This document shows, piece after piece, positions 29,067 through 39,211 of a stretch of 64,000 nucleotides of DNA. Within the stretch, counting starts at the first letter, position 1. Every line of letters starts with the position of its first letter. The position numbers were made by a program, and so were the translations under genes. The notes under the pieces were generated by a model. It was not told the origin of the DNA, did not search any database, and was given only the letters and a program-made list of their open reading frames with translations. The DNA is from Pseudomonadota bacterium. Its GTDB lineage: Bacteria; Pseudomonadota; Alphaproteobacteria; RF32; CAG-239. The stretch covers positions 1 to 64,000 of the forward strand of contig CAKJXZ020000003.1 in assembly GCA_918234285.1 (NCBI GenBank). Direction: 5' to 3'.

Positions 29067-29762
29067 TTATAAGAACTTCAACGTAACCACACAGTTATCC
29101 GTCATGCAATTACAAGCTTTCAAAGCCTCCCATTGCGTGAGCGGTTTACGCGATAACGTGCCGTTATCGGCCGATTTGTATTCTTCGTCCTGATTATCCT
29201 TCAGCAAAAAATAGTTAATACGTTCAAGCCCGTTATACGGTTCGCGCTCAGAAACAAACGAAGCTTCAACTCCCATAAAATTAGGCAAAATCGACTTCCA
29301 ATCGGCAGTTGCCATTTCAACACATTCCTGACGTTTTAACTCCGTAAACATTATGTAGTATGCGCCTAAACCCTGATATTGTGCCTTAAACATCTTTTCT
29401 TCACGTTTGATATAAAGATATTTTTTTCTTTCGGCAATCGTTCTCGGCGATTCGTTGAAAATCATTTTACCGCCGAAACGATTATAAATGTCGTTACCCG
29501 TATCTGATTGCTTAATTTTGACATCGAGCGGCAGAAAATCGCTGTACCCGATAAAGTCGGCATTGAAATCAATATATTTGGCACTCGGATAGTTATCGCG
29601 CACATGTTGCATAAAATAAACCAAATCTTCTTGCGTTTTTTCCACACGATTTTTGGTCAGCTTCAAATAGAATATATAACCGACAATCAATATAAAAATC
29701 ACCGGCAGCAAGAAAACCAAAAAACGTAAAAGACTGCGTATAATTTCTTTTATCTTATCCAT
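29067..29762 (-). CDS. Type IV pilin-like/PilS-like membrane-anchored protein
   Basis: N-terminal TM, NRFGG, L....CV.MAT..W and terminal Cys cluster. Confidence 0.45.
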   Translation of the reverse strand: MDKIKEIIRSLLRFLVFLLPVIFILIVGYIFYLKLTKNRVEKTQEDLVYFMQHVRDNYPSAKYIDFNADFIGYSDFLPLDVKIKQSDTGNDIYNRFGGKMIFNESPRTIAERKKYLYIKREEKMFKAQYQGLGAYYIMFTELKRQECVEMATADWKSILPNFMGVEASFVSEREPYNGLERINYFLLKDNQDEEYKSADNGTLSRKPLTQWEALKACNCMTDNCVVTLKFL

Positions 29763-29961
29763 AGCGCACCTCTCTGAGAGTAGTTTAACACATTTTCCGA
29801 GTCATACAAGTTATTTATAACTCACGCACCATAAAAGAAACGTTAACAAAATACAGTATATTGAATTTTAAATAAAAATTTATTCAAATCGTATTTTGCT
29901 CAGCCTTTTTGACACGGCTTTGCCACATATCCTTCTTCATTTGCGTCGCCTTATATTATGC

Positions 29962-31839
29962 TCAGCGTTCGCGAGTGTCGTTTCGAGTTGCAACATTATG
30001 GGCAACAGCCGCTTTAACCTCATCCAAACTGACTCCCCACACGGAGAGATGATACTTCTTAGCCAGTTCCTCTCCGAAAATGATCTTCCCGCTTATCTCT
30101 TGCGGTAAGGCATCAAATTCTTTCAATTCGGTACAACCGTTTAAATTGAGATTACCTTCTATACTCCGCGCAATTCCTTTTAGCGACTTAAGCCGGTGAT
30201 TGCTTACCAAATCAACACTTTCTCCGATCTTTTCCGGCATTCCTTCCAACGAAGTAATTAACGTATCACCTACATCAAAATATCCCGTTACACATTTTGG
30301 CGAACCGCGCAAAGAGGTAATCTTACTACCCGAGCACTCAAAACTTCCATTCAACACAATATGCGATAAATCCGGTAATTTTTCCGTACCGTACGGGATA
30401 TAAATATCTCCGTTATAAACAAATCCGTCCGTTTGTTCCAAAAGATTATAATATTTTCCGGCTTGCTTAACCACAAACAGCGTATTTTGCTTATTGCTTA
30501 CAAAAACATCTCCCTTTATGTCCGTCGGGACATCACTCATATTTTCAATTTCGACATTAATCGCCGTCAAATTGCGGTCAATCATCGGTAAATTATCCAA
30601 CTTTTCAATCGGATTACCGCTGATATCCAAGTCTTTGACATGAGGAATAATTCCGCGCAAATCCTTCAGGTTATTTCCCGAGACATCGTAATTACCCAAC
30701 ACTTGTGCCGGAGAACCGTACAAATCCGACAATTTATTGCCGCAGCAATAAAAATTGCCCTTAACAACTAAATTTGAAAAATCCGGTAATCTTTCAAGCC
30801 CCATATCGGAAACATCCAAATCCCCGTTCAAAACAAGTTTTTTATCTTTCGGCAGATTAAATATATCATAATATTTACCACTGCATTTTATCAGCCCGAT
30901 ATTTTTGGCATCTCCTTCAATTTCCAGTTTTTTTCTTATCACAAACTCTTGCACATACGGGCGATATTTAGCCACCGGCGCTTTATCCTGCTTGCCTTTG
31001 CATTGTTCGATTTTTTTACCGCGAACCTCAAAAGTGGCGTGCGGTTCACCGTTTTCATCGCGCAACGAATAAATTTTAACCGTTTTACTTTTTAATTCCT
31101 CATCATATATTCCTTTGCCGACGCAGTGCCCCATATATTCGCTCTCAAAGTCGAGTGCCTCCGGCGTAGTCAGTTGCACCACATACATACCGTCGGCCAA
31201 ATCCATCACCGGCTTGGTGCCCTCGAGTGATTCTTTATATAATTCGGCATCATATTTCTTAAATTTACCGCCGGCAGCAATATTTTCGTGCCATTTTTGC
31301 GCCAGTTTCAAGACTTTATTAAAGCTGTTATATTCGCCGTTGGTTTTGAGATAATCCATACGGATTCGCGGCTTTTCCTGATTTTTGTTGCCTTTGGCAT
31401 TCGGATTCTTTTCGTATTTCTTTTGCGTATCTTTGGCGCGCGCTATAATTTTATTGACGTATGCCTCACCCGCCGAATACAAAAAATCGCGGCTCATGGT
31501 AATATCGTTTTTCAGCGAATCCGGTATCTTATCGGCCTTGAAACGATATACCGGCTCGCCCTTATCCATACAATTCCGCGCCCAAGTCGGTAAATCTCCG
31601 TCCATAACGTTAATCAGCGGCAAAAAGCGCATAGTATGCGGCGTTTTGGTACTCATATACGGCTTAAGCGCATAATTTGCCCATTGATACAGCATCGAGC
31701 GCACAATTTCGTCTTTGTGTTGTTGCACAAAATCAACGCTGTTGAAGTTACCATCCGTGAATATTTCCACATCCTGCCCGCGATAAACCACGTCCTTGAT
31801 ATAGTTATCCAAATCTTTGATATTGAGAATATTCGCCAT
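29962..31839 (-). CDS. PcfJ-like domain plus leucine-rich-repeat-like protein
   Basis: L.FES..MGHCVG..IYSLRD..PHATFEV..Q.KGK.D (PcfJ-like); repeats of GNFYC..N.L..L.G.P. Confidence 0.75.
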   Translation of the reverse strand: MANILNIKDLDNYIKDVVYRGQDVEIFTDGNFNSVDFVQQHKDEIVRSMLYQWANYALKPYMSTKTPHTMRFLPLINVMDGDLPTWARNCMDKGEPVYRFKADKIPDSLKNDITMSRDFLYSAGEAYVNKIIARAKDTQKKYEKNPNAKGNKNQEKPRIRMDYLKTNGEYNSFNKVLKLAQKWHENIAAGGKFKKYDAELYKESLEGTKPVMDLADGMYVVQLTTPEALDFESEYMGHCVGKGIYDEELKSKTVKIYSLRDENGEPHATFEVRGKKIEQCKGKQDKAPVAKYRPYVQEFVIRKKLEIEGDAKNIGLIKCSGKYYDIFNLPKDKKLVLNGDLDVSDMGLERLPDFSNLVVKGNFYCCGNKLSDLYGSPAQVLGNYDVSGNNLKDLRGIIPHVKDLDISGNPIEKLDNLPMIDRNLTAINVEIENMSDVPTDIKGDVFVSNKQNTLFVVKQAGKYYNLLEQTDGFVYNGDIYIPYGTEKLPDLSHIVLNGSFECSGSKITSLRGSPKCVTGYFDVGDTLITSLEGMPEKIGESVDLVSNHRLKSLKGIARSIEGNLNLNGCTELKEFDALPQEISGKIIFGEELAKKYHLSVWGVSLDEVKAAVAHNVATRNDTRER

Positions 31840-31851
31840 TATCACTCTCCG

Positions 31852-32511
31852 CTAGTAGTTTCTGATAATTCCCGAAAGCACACCCTGAATTTTTACCCGA
31901 TTCGCTTCCAGTGTTTTGGTTTTATATTCCTTGTTGCACGGCACCAACTGCACATACATTCCGTTTTTCTTCAGCACCTTGAGTGTTGCTTCCTGATTAT
32001 CAACCAGCGCCACCACGATTTTGCCGTTATCCGCCTGATTCTGCTTTTTGATAATGGCGGTGTCGCCATCCAAAATTCCGGCTTCCACCATCGAGTTGCC
32101 CTCAACCTTCAGCGCATAAAACTGCCCCTTATCCACCATATTGAAAGGCACGGCAATCGTTTCGGTTTCATCGGCCAAGGCCTCAATCGGCTGACCGGCG
32201 GCGATTTTGCCGTAAAGCGGAATCTGCACCGAACCGTTTTGAATGGCCTGCTCGCGCTTTTTTTCTTCATCAATTATCGCCTGCGGCTTAAAACGCGGCA
32301 TCCGTACCACTTCCATCGCGCGTGCCTTATGCGGCAAACGGCGAATAAAGTTACGTTCTTCCAAAGAAGTTATCAAAGCATGGATTCCCGATTTTGATTT
32401 CAGCCCGATGGCATCTTTCATCTCATCAAACGACGGACATTGTCCGGTTTCACGATTAACTTTATTGATAAACATGAGTAAATTGTATTGTTTTTCTGTC
32501 AGCATCGACAC
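31852..32511 (-). CDS. lexA: SOS repressor LexA
   Basis: PSFDEMKD.I.LKSKSGIH HTH (alpha type), IAAG cleavage site, GNSM Ser and ATLK Lys. Confidence 0.96.
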   Translation of the reverse strand: MSMLTEKQYNLLMFINKVNRETGQCPSFDEMKDAIGLKSKSGIHALITSLEERNFIRRLPHKARAMEVVRMPRFKPQAIIDEEKKREQAIQNGSVQIPLYGKIAAGQPIEALADETETIAVPFNMVDKGQFYALKVEGNSMVEAGILDGDTAIIKKQNQADNGKIVVALVDNQEATLKVLKKNGMYVQLVPCNKEYKTKTLEANRVKIQGVLSGIIRNY

Positions 32512-32527
32512 TCTCCCATGAAAATTT

Positions 32528-32542
32528 GTTCTATTTTAGTTC
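32528..32542. promoter_or_regulatory. Alphaproteobacterial LexA (SOS) box
   Basis: GTTC-TATTTTA-GTTC = GTTC-N7-GTTC immediately upstream of lexA. Confidence 0.85.
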
Positions 32543-32655
32543 TGTAAAATTTCAAAAGTCAAGCACTATTTGCGACAACGATAAAAAAAACAATCGCACT
32601 AAAATTTCAATAGACTAAGACCAAAATATGTGTTATATTTTCTCCCGAGGTGGAA

Positions 32656-33753
32656 ATGGAAAAAAAAGATTACGTTTGGCTTACCCGCAATACCGATATC
32701 GCAAATGTCTGCAACTGTTTTGAAGATTGCGACACGGCACCGGTGGCGTTTAAGTTGTTTCGCGCAACGCACCTGCCGCAGATTCGGCAAATTTTCGCCG
32801 AACACAACACCGAGCTGTATCGCGATAAACAAGATACCTGCTGGCTTACCGTTACCGATATGACCATAAGCGATTTTTGCGATATTGCTCTGCAACATAA
32901 TTCCGACCTTATATATAACGATGCCGACGGCCGTATTTATTATGACCCGGCGGACCGGCGCAAATATCAGCATTTTCTCCGCCGCAACACCACGCAGACT
33001 CTTTCGCAACTGTCACCGCAAAGAAAGCTGAATATTCTGCTTTCCATCAGCAAAGAATGTTATATGAACCTGCGCGGCAAAGAGCGACATGAAGCGGCGC
33101 TCAACCGACAGGCAGATAAACTTAACGCACTGCTGCAGCTGCCGATATCACCCGAATTTTGGGAAAACGAACAGCGCAAGATTCGCCTGATTACCGCTGA
33201 CATCGCCCAAATCCCGCACATTAAAGAAAAACTTGAAGATTTTAATACATTGAATTTACCGGAACAAAAAAAGCTGTTATATAAGGTTGCAAGCATAACC
33301 GCAAAATACAACCGCATCAAAACTCCGCAGTTTGTACTGCTGACCACCGAACAATTACGGCAGTTTCAGCTTGATAATTGGGTTGAGGCCGACGCCTTTG
33401 CTCTTGATAAAACATTATATATATGCGCCGACAAACTCAAAGAACAAAGCGGGATTCGCTGTTTGGCTCTGGCTTGGCACGAAACTAACCATATTGCCAT
33501 GGCAACCGGAGATTATTCTCGCTTTCCGCCGGTGGAAGATATGTTGAACCCGCGCCTTAATTATATTAACGGCATTGAGCAATCATATATTTTCCACCCA
33601 CAGGAAAAAATAAATTATGCGCTTGAAAAGATGTTTATTGCGGAATGCGCTGCCCGTACCGGAGTTAAAAAACTCGGCAATACCTTTGCGCCGGCGGCGG
33701 AATTTGACGTTGCCGCCCAATATATTGCCCGTTCTTTGCAGAAAAAATACTGA
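32656..33753 (+). CDS. Hypothetical protein with HExxH zinc-metallopeptidase-like motif
   Basis: LAWHETNH plus downstream Y..HPQE..Y; GAGG RBS before ATG 32656. Confidence 0.65.
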   Translation: MEKKDYVWLTRNTDIANVCNCFEDCDTAPVAFKLFRATHLPQIRQIFAEHNTELYRDKQDTCWLTVTDMTISDFCDIALQHNSDLIYNDADGRIYYDPADRRKYQHFLRRNTTQTLSQLSPQRKLNILLSISKECYMNLRGKERHEAALNRQADKLNALLQLPISPEFWENEQRKIRLITADIAQIPHIKEKLEDFNTLNLPEQKKLLYKVASITAKYNRIKTPQFVLLTTEQLRQFQLDNWVEADAFALDKTLYICADKLKEQSGIRCLALAWHETNHIAMATGDYSRFPPVEDMLNPRLNYINGIEQSYIFHPQEKINYALEKMFIAECAARTGVKKLGNTFAPAAEFDVAAQYIARSLQKKY

Positions 33754-33860
33754 TTTTAAAATTTTTTTCATTTTTTTGCATTTTTTATCTGGATTTACCC
33801 TCAAAAATGTGATATATTCAATTTGTTTCACACTTAACAATTTTTATTTTAGGAGCAATT

Positions 33861-34379
33861 ATGAGTATTAAAAAATTACCATCATTGACGTTTAACGCCG
33901 GAGAATATGTTGTTTATCCGACACATGGTGTCGGTAAGGTATCCGATATTACCAAACAAACGATTGCCGGTACGGAATTAGAAATGTTGGTCGTCAACTT
34001 TGATAAAGATAAAATGACCTTACGGATTCCGACGGCAAAGATTCCGAATGTCGGCTTGCGCAAAATTTCGGACGATAAAACTATGGAAGAAGCTTTTAAT
34101 ACTCTCAGAGGAAAAGCCAGAATCCGCAAGATTATGTGGTCACGTCGGGCTCAGGAATATGAAAATAAAATCAATTCAGGTAACCCGGTAGCTATTGCCG
34201 AAGTTATCAGAGATTTGTACCGCAGTGAAAATATTGCGGAACAATCGTACAGCGAGCGCCAGATATATGAGCAAGCAGTTGACCGTTTGGCTAACGAGGT
34301 TTCGGTATACAGTAATTGCTCGCTTGAAGACGCCAACAAAAAACTAAATGATATTTTATCAAAAGAAAAAGCTGTGTAA
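33861..34379 (+). CDS. carD: CarD transcriptional regulator
   Basis: VVYPTHGVG, WSRRAQEYE.KINSG and QSYSERQIYE motifs. Confidence 0.96.
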   Translation: MSIKKLPSLTFNAGEYVVYPTHGVGKVSDITKQTIAGTELEMLVVNFDKDKMTLRIPTAKIPNVGLRKISDDKTMEEAFNTLRGKARIRKIMWSRRAQEYENKINSGNPVAIAEVIRDLYRSENIAEQSYSERQIYEQAVDRLANEVSVYSNCSLEDANKKLNDILSKEKAV

Positions 34380-34427
34380 TTTTCTCCTTTTTTACCGCTT
34401 TATCTGATGATACAGCAACTTCAAAAT

Positions 34428-34462
34428 AAAAACCCCTGCTACGAATAATAGCAGGGGTTTTT
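34428..34462. terminator. Bidirectional terminator between carD and hup
   Basis: AAAAACCCCTGCTA...TAGCAGGGGTTTTT. Confidence 0.85.
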
Positions 34463-34480
34463 ATCGAAAAAACGTATTAA

Positions 34481-34753
34481 TTACTTAACAGCTTTCTTCA
34501 AAACAGCACCGGCCTTAAAGCGCGGAGCCTTAGATGCAGGAATTTTGATTTCTTTGCCGGTAGCCGGGTTGTGACCCTTGCGAGCAGCACGCTTAGCTAC
34601 ATCAAATGTACCAAAACCGGTAATCTGAATAGATACACCCTTTTTCAAAGATTTGGTAACAACAGCGATAGCAGCGTTAATTACTTGTGCAGCAGCAACT
34701 TTAGATGCGCCAGCTTCTTTGGCAACGGCATCAACGAATTCAGTTTTATTCAT
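34481..34753 (-). CDS. hup: DNA-binding protein HU
   Basis: Start corrected to MNKTEF; GFGTF..RAARKGHNPATG..P.FKAG motifs. Confidence 0.95.
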   Translation of the reverse strand: MNKTEFVDAVAKEAGASKVAAAQVINAAIAVVTKSLKKGVSIQITGFGTFDVAKRAARKGHNPATGKEIKIPASKAPRFKAGAVLKKAVK

Positions 34754-34981
34754 TTCATTTCCTTTCTCTAACGTTAAAGTAGAGGCAAACAACCACCTCT
34801 GCCTATAGTCTGAACAATATTTTAGCCAAATGTCAAATAAAATAGCGCATTAATCACAAAAAAATTGCATTTTTCGGCATAAAACGGGCTTTAAAACAAT
34901 TTTTTTGCAAATTTTGTTTTACTTTTTAAATTAAATGAGTTAAAGATTATGTGTCTTAAACCAAAATCAGAAAGGAAAAAG

Positions 34982-35440
34982 ATGAAAGTTTTTTATACTC
35001 TTTGCGTAGTAATCGCTGTTTTCATTTCCGGTTTCTTTGCCGGTTATGTTTATTCGGAACAAATGAATTCCAGAGTTGCCGTGGTAGATGTTGCTAAGGT
35101 TGTGGCAAGCTCCACTCAGGTACAGGGCCTCAAAGCCGAACAAGAAGCACAAAATGCGGAATTGGTACAATGGATTCAAAATGCTCAAAATTCGGTTAAC
35201 GAAGAAAAAGACCAGGAAAAGAAAGAGAAATTGGCTCAGAAGTTAAACGAAGAACTTAATTCTAAGCGCAACGTTTATGCTCAGCGCTATGTTACGGCAT
35301 TACAAGCTATTGAACAAAATATCAATTCTGCCATTACCGATGAAGCTCATAAAAAAGGCTATAAATTCATTATTGCCAAAGGTATGATCCTCGGCGGCGG
35401 TGACGATATTACCGATGACATCGTTAAAGTTGTAAAATAA
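34982..35440 (+). CDS. OmpH/Skp-like periplasmic chaperone
   Basis: N-terminal hydrophobic segment, VAVVDV, coiled coil, DITDDI C-terminus. Confidence 0.75.
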   Translation: MKVFYTLCVVIAVFISGFFAGYVYSEQMNSRVAVVDVAKVVASSTQVQGLKAEQEAQNAELVQWIQNAQNSVNEEKDQEKKEKLAQKLNEELNSKRNVYAQRYVTALQAIEQNINSAITDEAHKKGYKFIIAKGMILGGGDDITDDIVKVVK

Positions 35441-35461
35441 TTTTAAGCGATTCTCAAAAAC

Positions 35462-35491
35462 AAAGACGCGGTCATGAGCCGCGTCTTTTTT
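35462..35491 (+). terminator. Rho-independent terminator
   Basis: AAAGACGCGG-TCATGAG-CCGCGTCTTTTT. Confidence 0.8.
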
Positions 35492-35635
35492 ATTGGCTTA
35501 AATAAAGAAAAGCGTTGTTAAAAAGATGCCAGTCATTCTGAGTGAAGCACCAACGAAACGAAGAATCCAAAAGCAGTACATAAAAAAAGAGGAACTTCAA
35601 AGAAAAGAAATCCCCCTTAAATATCAGCCTACCTT

Positions 35636-36084
35636 AAAACTCGGATAGCGAGGCGATTGCGAAGCGGAATTTTTGACGCCGTGTATAAGGCAGTACACAA
35701 AAAAGGATTCCCAAACAAAGGAATCCTTTTCGTATTGGCACGGCCTCGCCAAAACTCGGATAGCGTGGCGATTGCGAAGTGAAATTTTTGACGCCGTGTA
35801 CAAGGCAGTACACAAAAAAGGATTCCTAAACAAAGGAATCTTTTTCGTATTGGCACGGCCTCGCCAAAACTCGGATAGCGTGGCGATTGCGAAGCGGAAT
35901 TTTTGACGCCGTGTATAAGGCAGTACACAAAAAAGGATTCCCAAACAAAGGAATCCTTTTCGTATTGGCACGGCCCCGCCAAAACTCAGATAGCGAGGCG
36001 ATTGCGAAGTGAAATTTTTGACGCCGTGTACAAGGTGGTACACAAGGAAAAAATTTCCGAGCAATCGCCCGCTAGACGAGTTTT
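35636..36084. repeat. 115-bp tandem palindromic repeat (3 full units plus a terminal full hairpin)
   Basis: Units start at 35636, 35751, 35866 and 35981; internal hairpins GTGTAY..GTACAC and AAAAGGATTCC..GGAATCYTTTT. Confidence 0.92.
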
Positions 36085-36086
36085 AA

Positions 36087-38768
36087 TTAAGCAGCTTTGT
36101 TTACTTTGTGCTCCTTCTGAGTCTTTCCGAACTTCACCGCAGCTTGAGCGGCAGCCAAACGAGCTACCGGTACACGGAACGGCGAGCAGGAAACATAGTC
36201 CAAACCGCACTGTTGGAAGAACTCGATGGATTTCGGATCACCACCGTGTTCACCGCAAACGCCCAAGAGCAACTCCGGATTCGTTTCACGACCATATTCG
36301 CAAGCACGTTTAACCAGTTTGCCTACACCTTCTACATCAATGGAAGCAAACGGATCGGCAACGTAAATGCCTTTGGAACGATAGCAATCCAAGATAGCGC
36401 CGGTATCATCACGGCTCATACCCAAAGTGGTTTGTGTCAAATCGTTGGTACCGAAACCGAAGAACGCAGCAGAAGCGGCAATTTCTTCAGCCATCAAAGC
36501 GGCACGCGGCAATTCAATCATCGTACCAACTTCGTATTCGATAGACTTGCCTTTTTCGGCGAAAATCTTCTGAGCGGTTGTATCAATGATGTTTTTCACA
36601 ATATCCAATTCTTTCTTGGAGCCGATGAGCGGAACTTCGATTTCCGGAGTAACTTTTACGCCTTCATCGCGGCATTCCATAGCAGCTTCCAAAATAGCAC
36701 GGGTTTGCATTTCGCAGATTTCCGGATAGGTAACAGCCAAACGGCAACCGCGGTGACCGAGCATCGGGTTCATTTCGTGCAAAGAATTCGAGCGATTCTT
36801 TACTTCAGCCAAGGTCTTACCCATCTTGTCGGCCAATTCCTGCATTTCTGCATCGGTATGCGGCAAAAATTCGTGGAGCGGCGGATCGAGCAAACGAATA
36901 ACTACCGGATAGCCGTTCATGGTGCGATACAATTCTTTGAAGTCTTCCTTTTGATACGGCAACAAACGAGCCAAAGCAGCTCTGCGACCTTCTTCGTTAT
37001 CCGACAAAATCATGGTACGCATATCGGAAATACGTTTAGCATCAAAGAACATGTGTTCGGTACGAGCCAAACCGATACCTTCGGCACCAAATTCCAAAGC
37101 CTGTTTGGCGTCAGCCGGAGTTTCGGCATTGGCGCGAACATGCATGGTGCGGATTTCATCAACCCACTTCATAAAGCGACCGAAGTTACCGGAGTTGGTA
37201 TCAGCCTTAACCGTCGGAATTTTACCTTCGATAATCTGACCTTTACCGCCGTCCAAAGATACCCAATCGCCTTCTTTAATGCAAGAACCGGACTTGGTGG
37301 TCATGGTCTTGGAATTGTAGTCGATGGTAATATCAGTAGAACCGGAAACGCACGGAGTACCCATACCTCTGGCCACAACGGCTGCGTGAGAAGTCATACC
37401 GCCGCGAGCGGTAATAACACCTTGCGAAGCGTGCATACCGCCGATATCTTCCGGAGAAGTTTCGTTACGGATAAGGATAACTTTTTCACCCTTGGCAGCC
37501 CAAGCTTCCGCGTCTTCGGCGCAGAATACGGCGCGACCGACAGCGGCACCCGGAGAAGCCGGCAAACCGGTAGCGATAACTTTCTTATCAGCTTTCGGGT
37601 CCAACATCGGGTGCAACAACTGATCGAGCTGATCGGCACCAACGCGCATAATGGCTTCTTCTTTGGTAATCAAACCTTCGTCAAACATTTCAACTGCCAT
37701 ACGAACAGCAGCGGCAGCGGTTCTCTTACCGTTGCGGCATTGCAACATCCACAATTTACCGTGTTCAATGGTGAATTCCATATCCTGCATATCTTTATAG
37801 TGAGCTTCCAAAGCGTTGCGAACATCTACCAACTGCTTATACAGATTCGGCCACAATTCTTCCAAAGAGTTGCCTTCACCTTTTGAGCTCATCGGTTGCG
37901 GAGTACGAATACCGGCCACAACGTCTTCGCCTTGAGCGTTTACAAGATATTCACCGTAGTATTTGTTTTCACCGGTAGCCGGGTCACGCGAGAAGCAAAC
38001 ACCGGTTGCGGAATCGTTACCCGCATTACCGAACACCATGGTCTGTACGTTACAAGCGGTACCCCAGTCACCCGGAATATTGTTCAGCTTACGATAGGTA
38101 ATGGCACGAGCCACGTTCCAAGAACCGAACACGGCACCGATACCGAGCCACAATTGTTCCCACGGATCTTGCGGAACGACTTTGCCCAATTTCTGACCGA
38201 TTTGTTTATATTGATTTACCAATTCCTTCAAATCTTCGGTAGTCAAATCCGTATCAGACTTATAGCCTTTGGATTTTTTCATAGCTTCAAGTGCGCCTTC
38301 GTATTCATCAAGGTCGGCACCTAAAACCACATCGGAGAACATTTGAATAAAACGACGATAAGAGTCGTAAGCAAATCTTTCATTACCCGAAGTTTGCGCC
38401 AAACCTTTAACGCTTTCGTCATTCAAACCGAGGTTCAAAACCGTATCCATCATGCCCGGCATGGAAATTCTGGCGCCGGAACGAACCGAGAACAACAGCG
38501 GATTGCTGTTATCGCCGAACTTTTTGCCCATAATAGCTTCAACGCCGGCAACCGCAGCCTTAACTTGATCTTTCAAATCAGACGGATAAGTATTGTTGTT
38601 GGCATAGTAGTATGTACAAACTTCTGTTGTAACCGTAAATCCCGGAGGAACCGGCAAACCTACCTTGTTCATTTCCGCAAGGTTAGCGCCCTTACCGCCG
38701 AGGAGATTACGCATGTTGGCATCGCCTTCGGCTTTGCCGTTTCCAAATGTATAAACCCATTTACTCAT
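36087..38768 (-). CDS. ppdK: Pyruvate, phosphate dikinase
   Basis: LLGGKGANLAEM, GGMTSHAAVVARG (phospho-His) and CGEHGGDP motifs. Confidence 0.98.
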   Translation of the reverse strand: MSKWVYTFGNGKAEGDANMRNLLGGKGANLAEMNKVGLPVPPGFTVTTEVCTYYYANNNTYPSDLKDQVKAAVAGVEAIMGKKFGDNSNPLLFSVRSGARISMPGMMDTVLNLGLNDESVKGLAQTSGNERFAYDSYRRFIQMFSDVVLGADLDEYEGALEAMKKSKGYKSDTDLTTEDLKELVNQYKQIGQKLGKVVPQDPWEQLWLGIGAVFGSWNVARAITYRKLNNIPGDWGTACNVQTMVFGNAGNDSATGVCFSRDPATGENKYYGEYLVNAQGEDVVAGIRTPQPMSSKGEGNSLEELWPNLYKQLVDVRNALEAHYKDMQDMEFTIEHGKLWMLQCRNGKRTAAAAVRMAVEMFDEGLITKEEAIMRVGADQLDQLLHPMLDPKADKKVIATGLPASPGAAVGRAVFCAEDAEAWAAKGEKVILIRNETSPEDIGGMHASQGVITARGGMTSHAAVVARGMGTPCVSGSTDITIDYNSKTMTTKSGSCIKEGDWVSLDGGKGQIIEGKIPTVKADTNSGNFGRFMKWVDEIRTMHVRANAETPADAKQALEFGAEGIGLARTEHMFFDAKRISDMRTMILSDNEEGRRAALARLLPYQKEDFKELYRTMNGYPVVIRLLDPPLHEFLPHTDAEMQELADKMGKTLAEVKNRSNSLHEMNPMLGHRGCRLAVTYPEICEMQTRAILEAAMECRDEGVKVTPEIEVPLIGSKKELDIVKNIIDTTAQKIFAEKGKSIEYEVGTMIELPRAALMAEEIAASAAFFGFGTNDLTQTTLGMSRDDTGAILDCYRSKGIYVADPFASIDVEGVGKLVKRACEYGRETNPELLLGVCGEHGGDPKSIEFFQQCGLDYVSCSPFRVPVARLAAAQAAVKFGKTQKEHKVNKAA

Positions 38769-39020
38769 AATGTGTTAAGCTCCTGTTAGCTGTATTTGTT
38801 AAAACGAAGTCTCGGCTCACAATGAACCGGAACTAAAATCAAAAAAACTTTAATTTGCGTTGAATTTATATCACAAAATCACAATGTTCAAGCAAAATCT
38901 TTGCTTTGAACGTAAAAAAATGGTTAATTTTTCGATACTTGCCGAAATATATGTCAAAGTCTGTATTTTGTCGGCTTTTTACACGCGCAAGTAAAGAAAA
39001 GTGTTGTTAAAAGACTAAAC

Positions 39021-39126
39021 GTCATTCTGAGGCATAGCCGAAGAATCCAATCGTTTCGCAAGAAACGATGTGATGCTTTGCATCACCGGATACTTCCACT
39101 TCACTAATGTTCAGTGTCAGTATGAC
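39021..39126. repeat. GTCATTCTGA-type palindromic (REP/MITE-like) element
   Basis: Imperfect terminal IR GTCATTCTGA/TCAGTATGAC, inner GAAGAATCC/GGATACTTC, two internal hairpins; half copy at 35532-35568. Confidence 0.7.
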
Positions 39127-39211
39127 GATAAAACAATGTGTTGTATAACAAAAAAACACCCCATCCGCCACACGATGAAGGTGTTTTTTTTATAAAACTT
39201 TGCCCGTCTAT

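Noticed and set aside
35636-36084. CRISPR array
   Set aside because: Whole 115-bp units are near-identical with no unique spacers, and no cas genes are in the window.
35624-36313. ORFs inside the tandem repeat
   Set aside because: Repetitive translations in several frames with no RBS; by-products of the repeat.
36108-37886. 592-aa plus-strand ORF
   Set aside because: Antisense shadow of codon-biased ppdK; no recognisable motifs.
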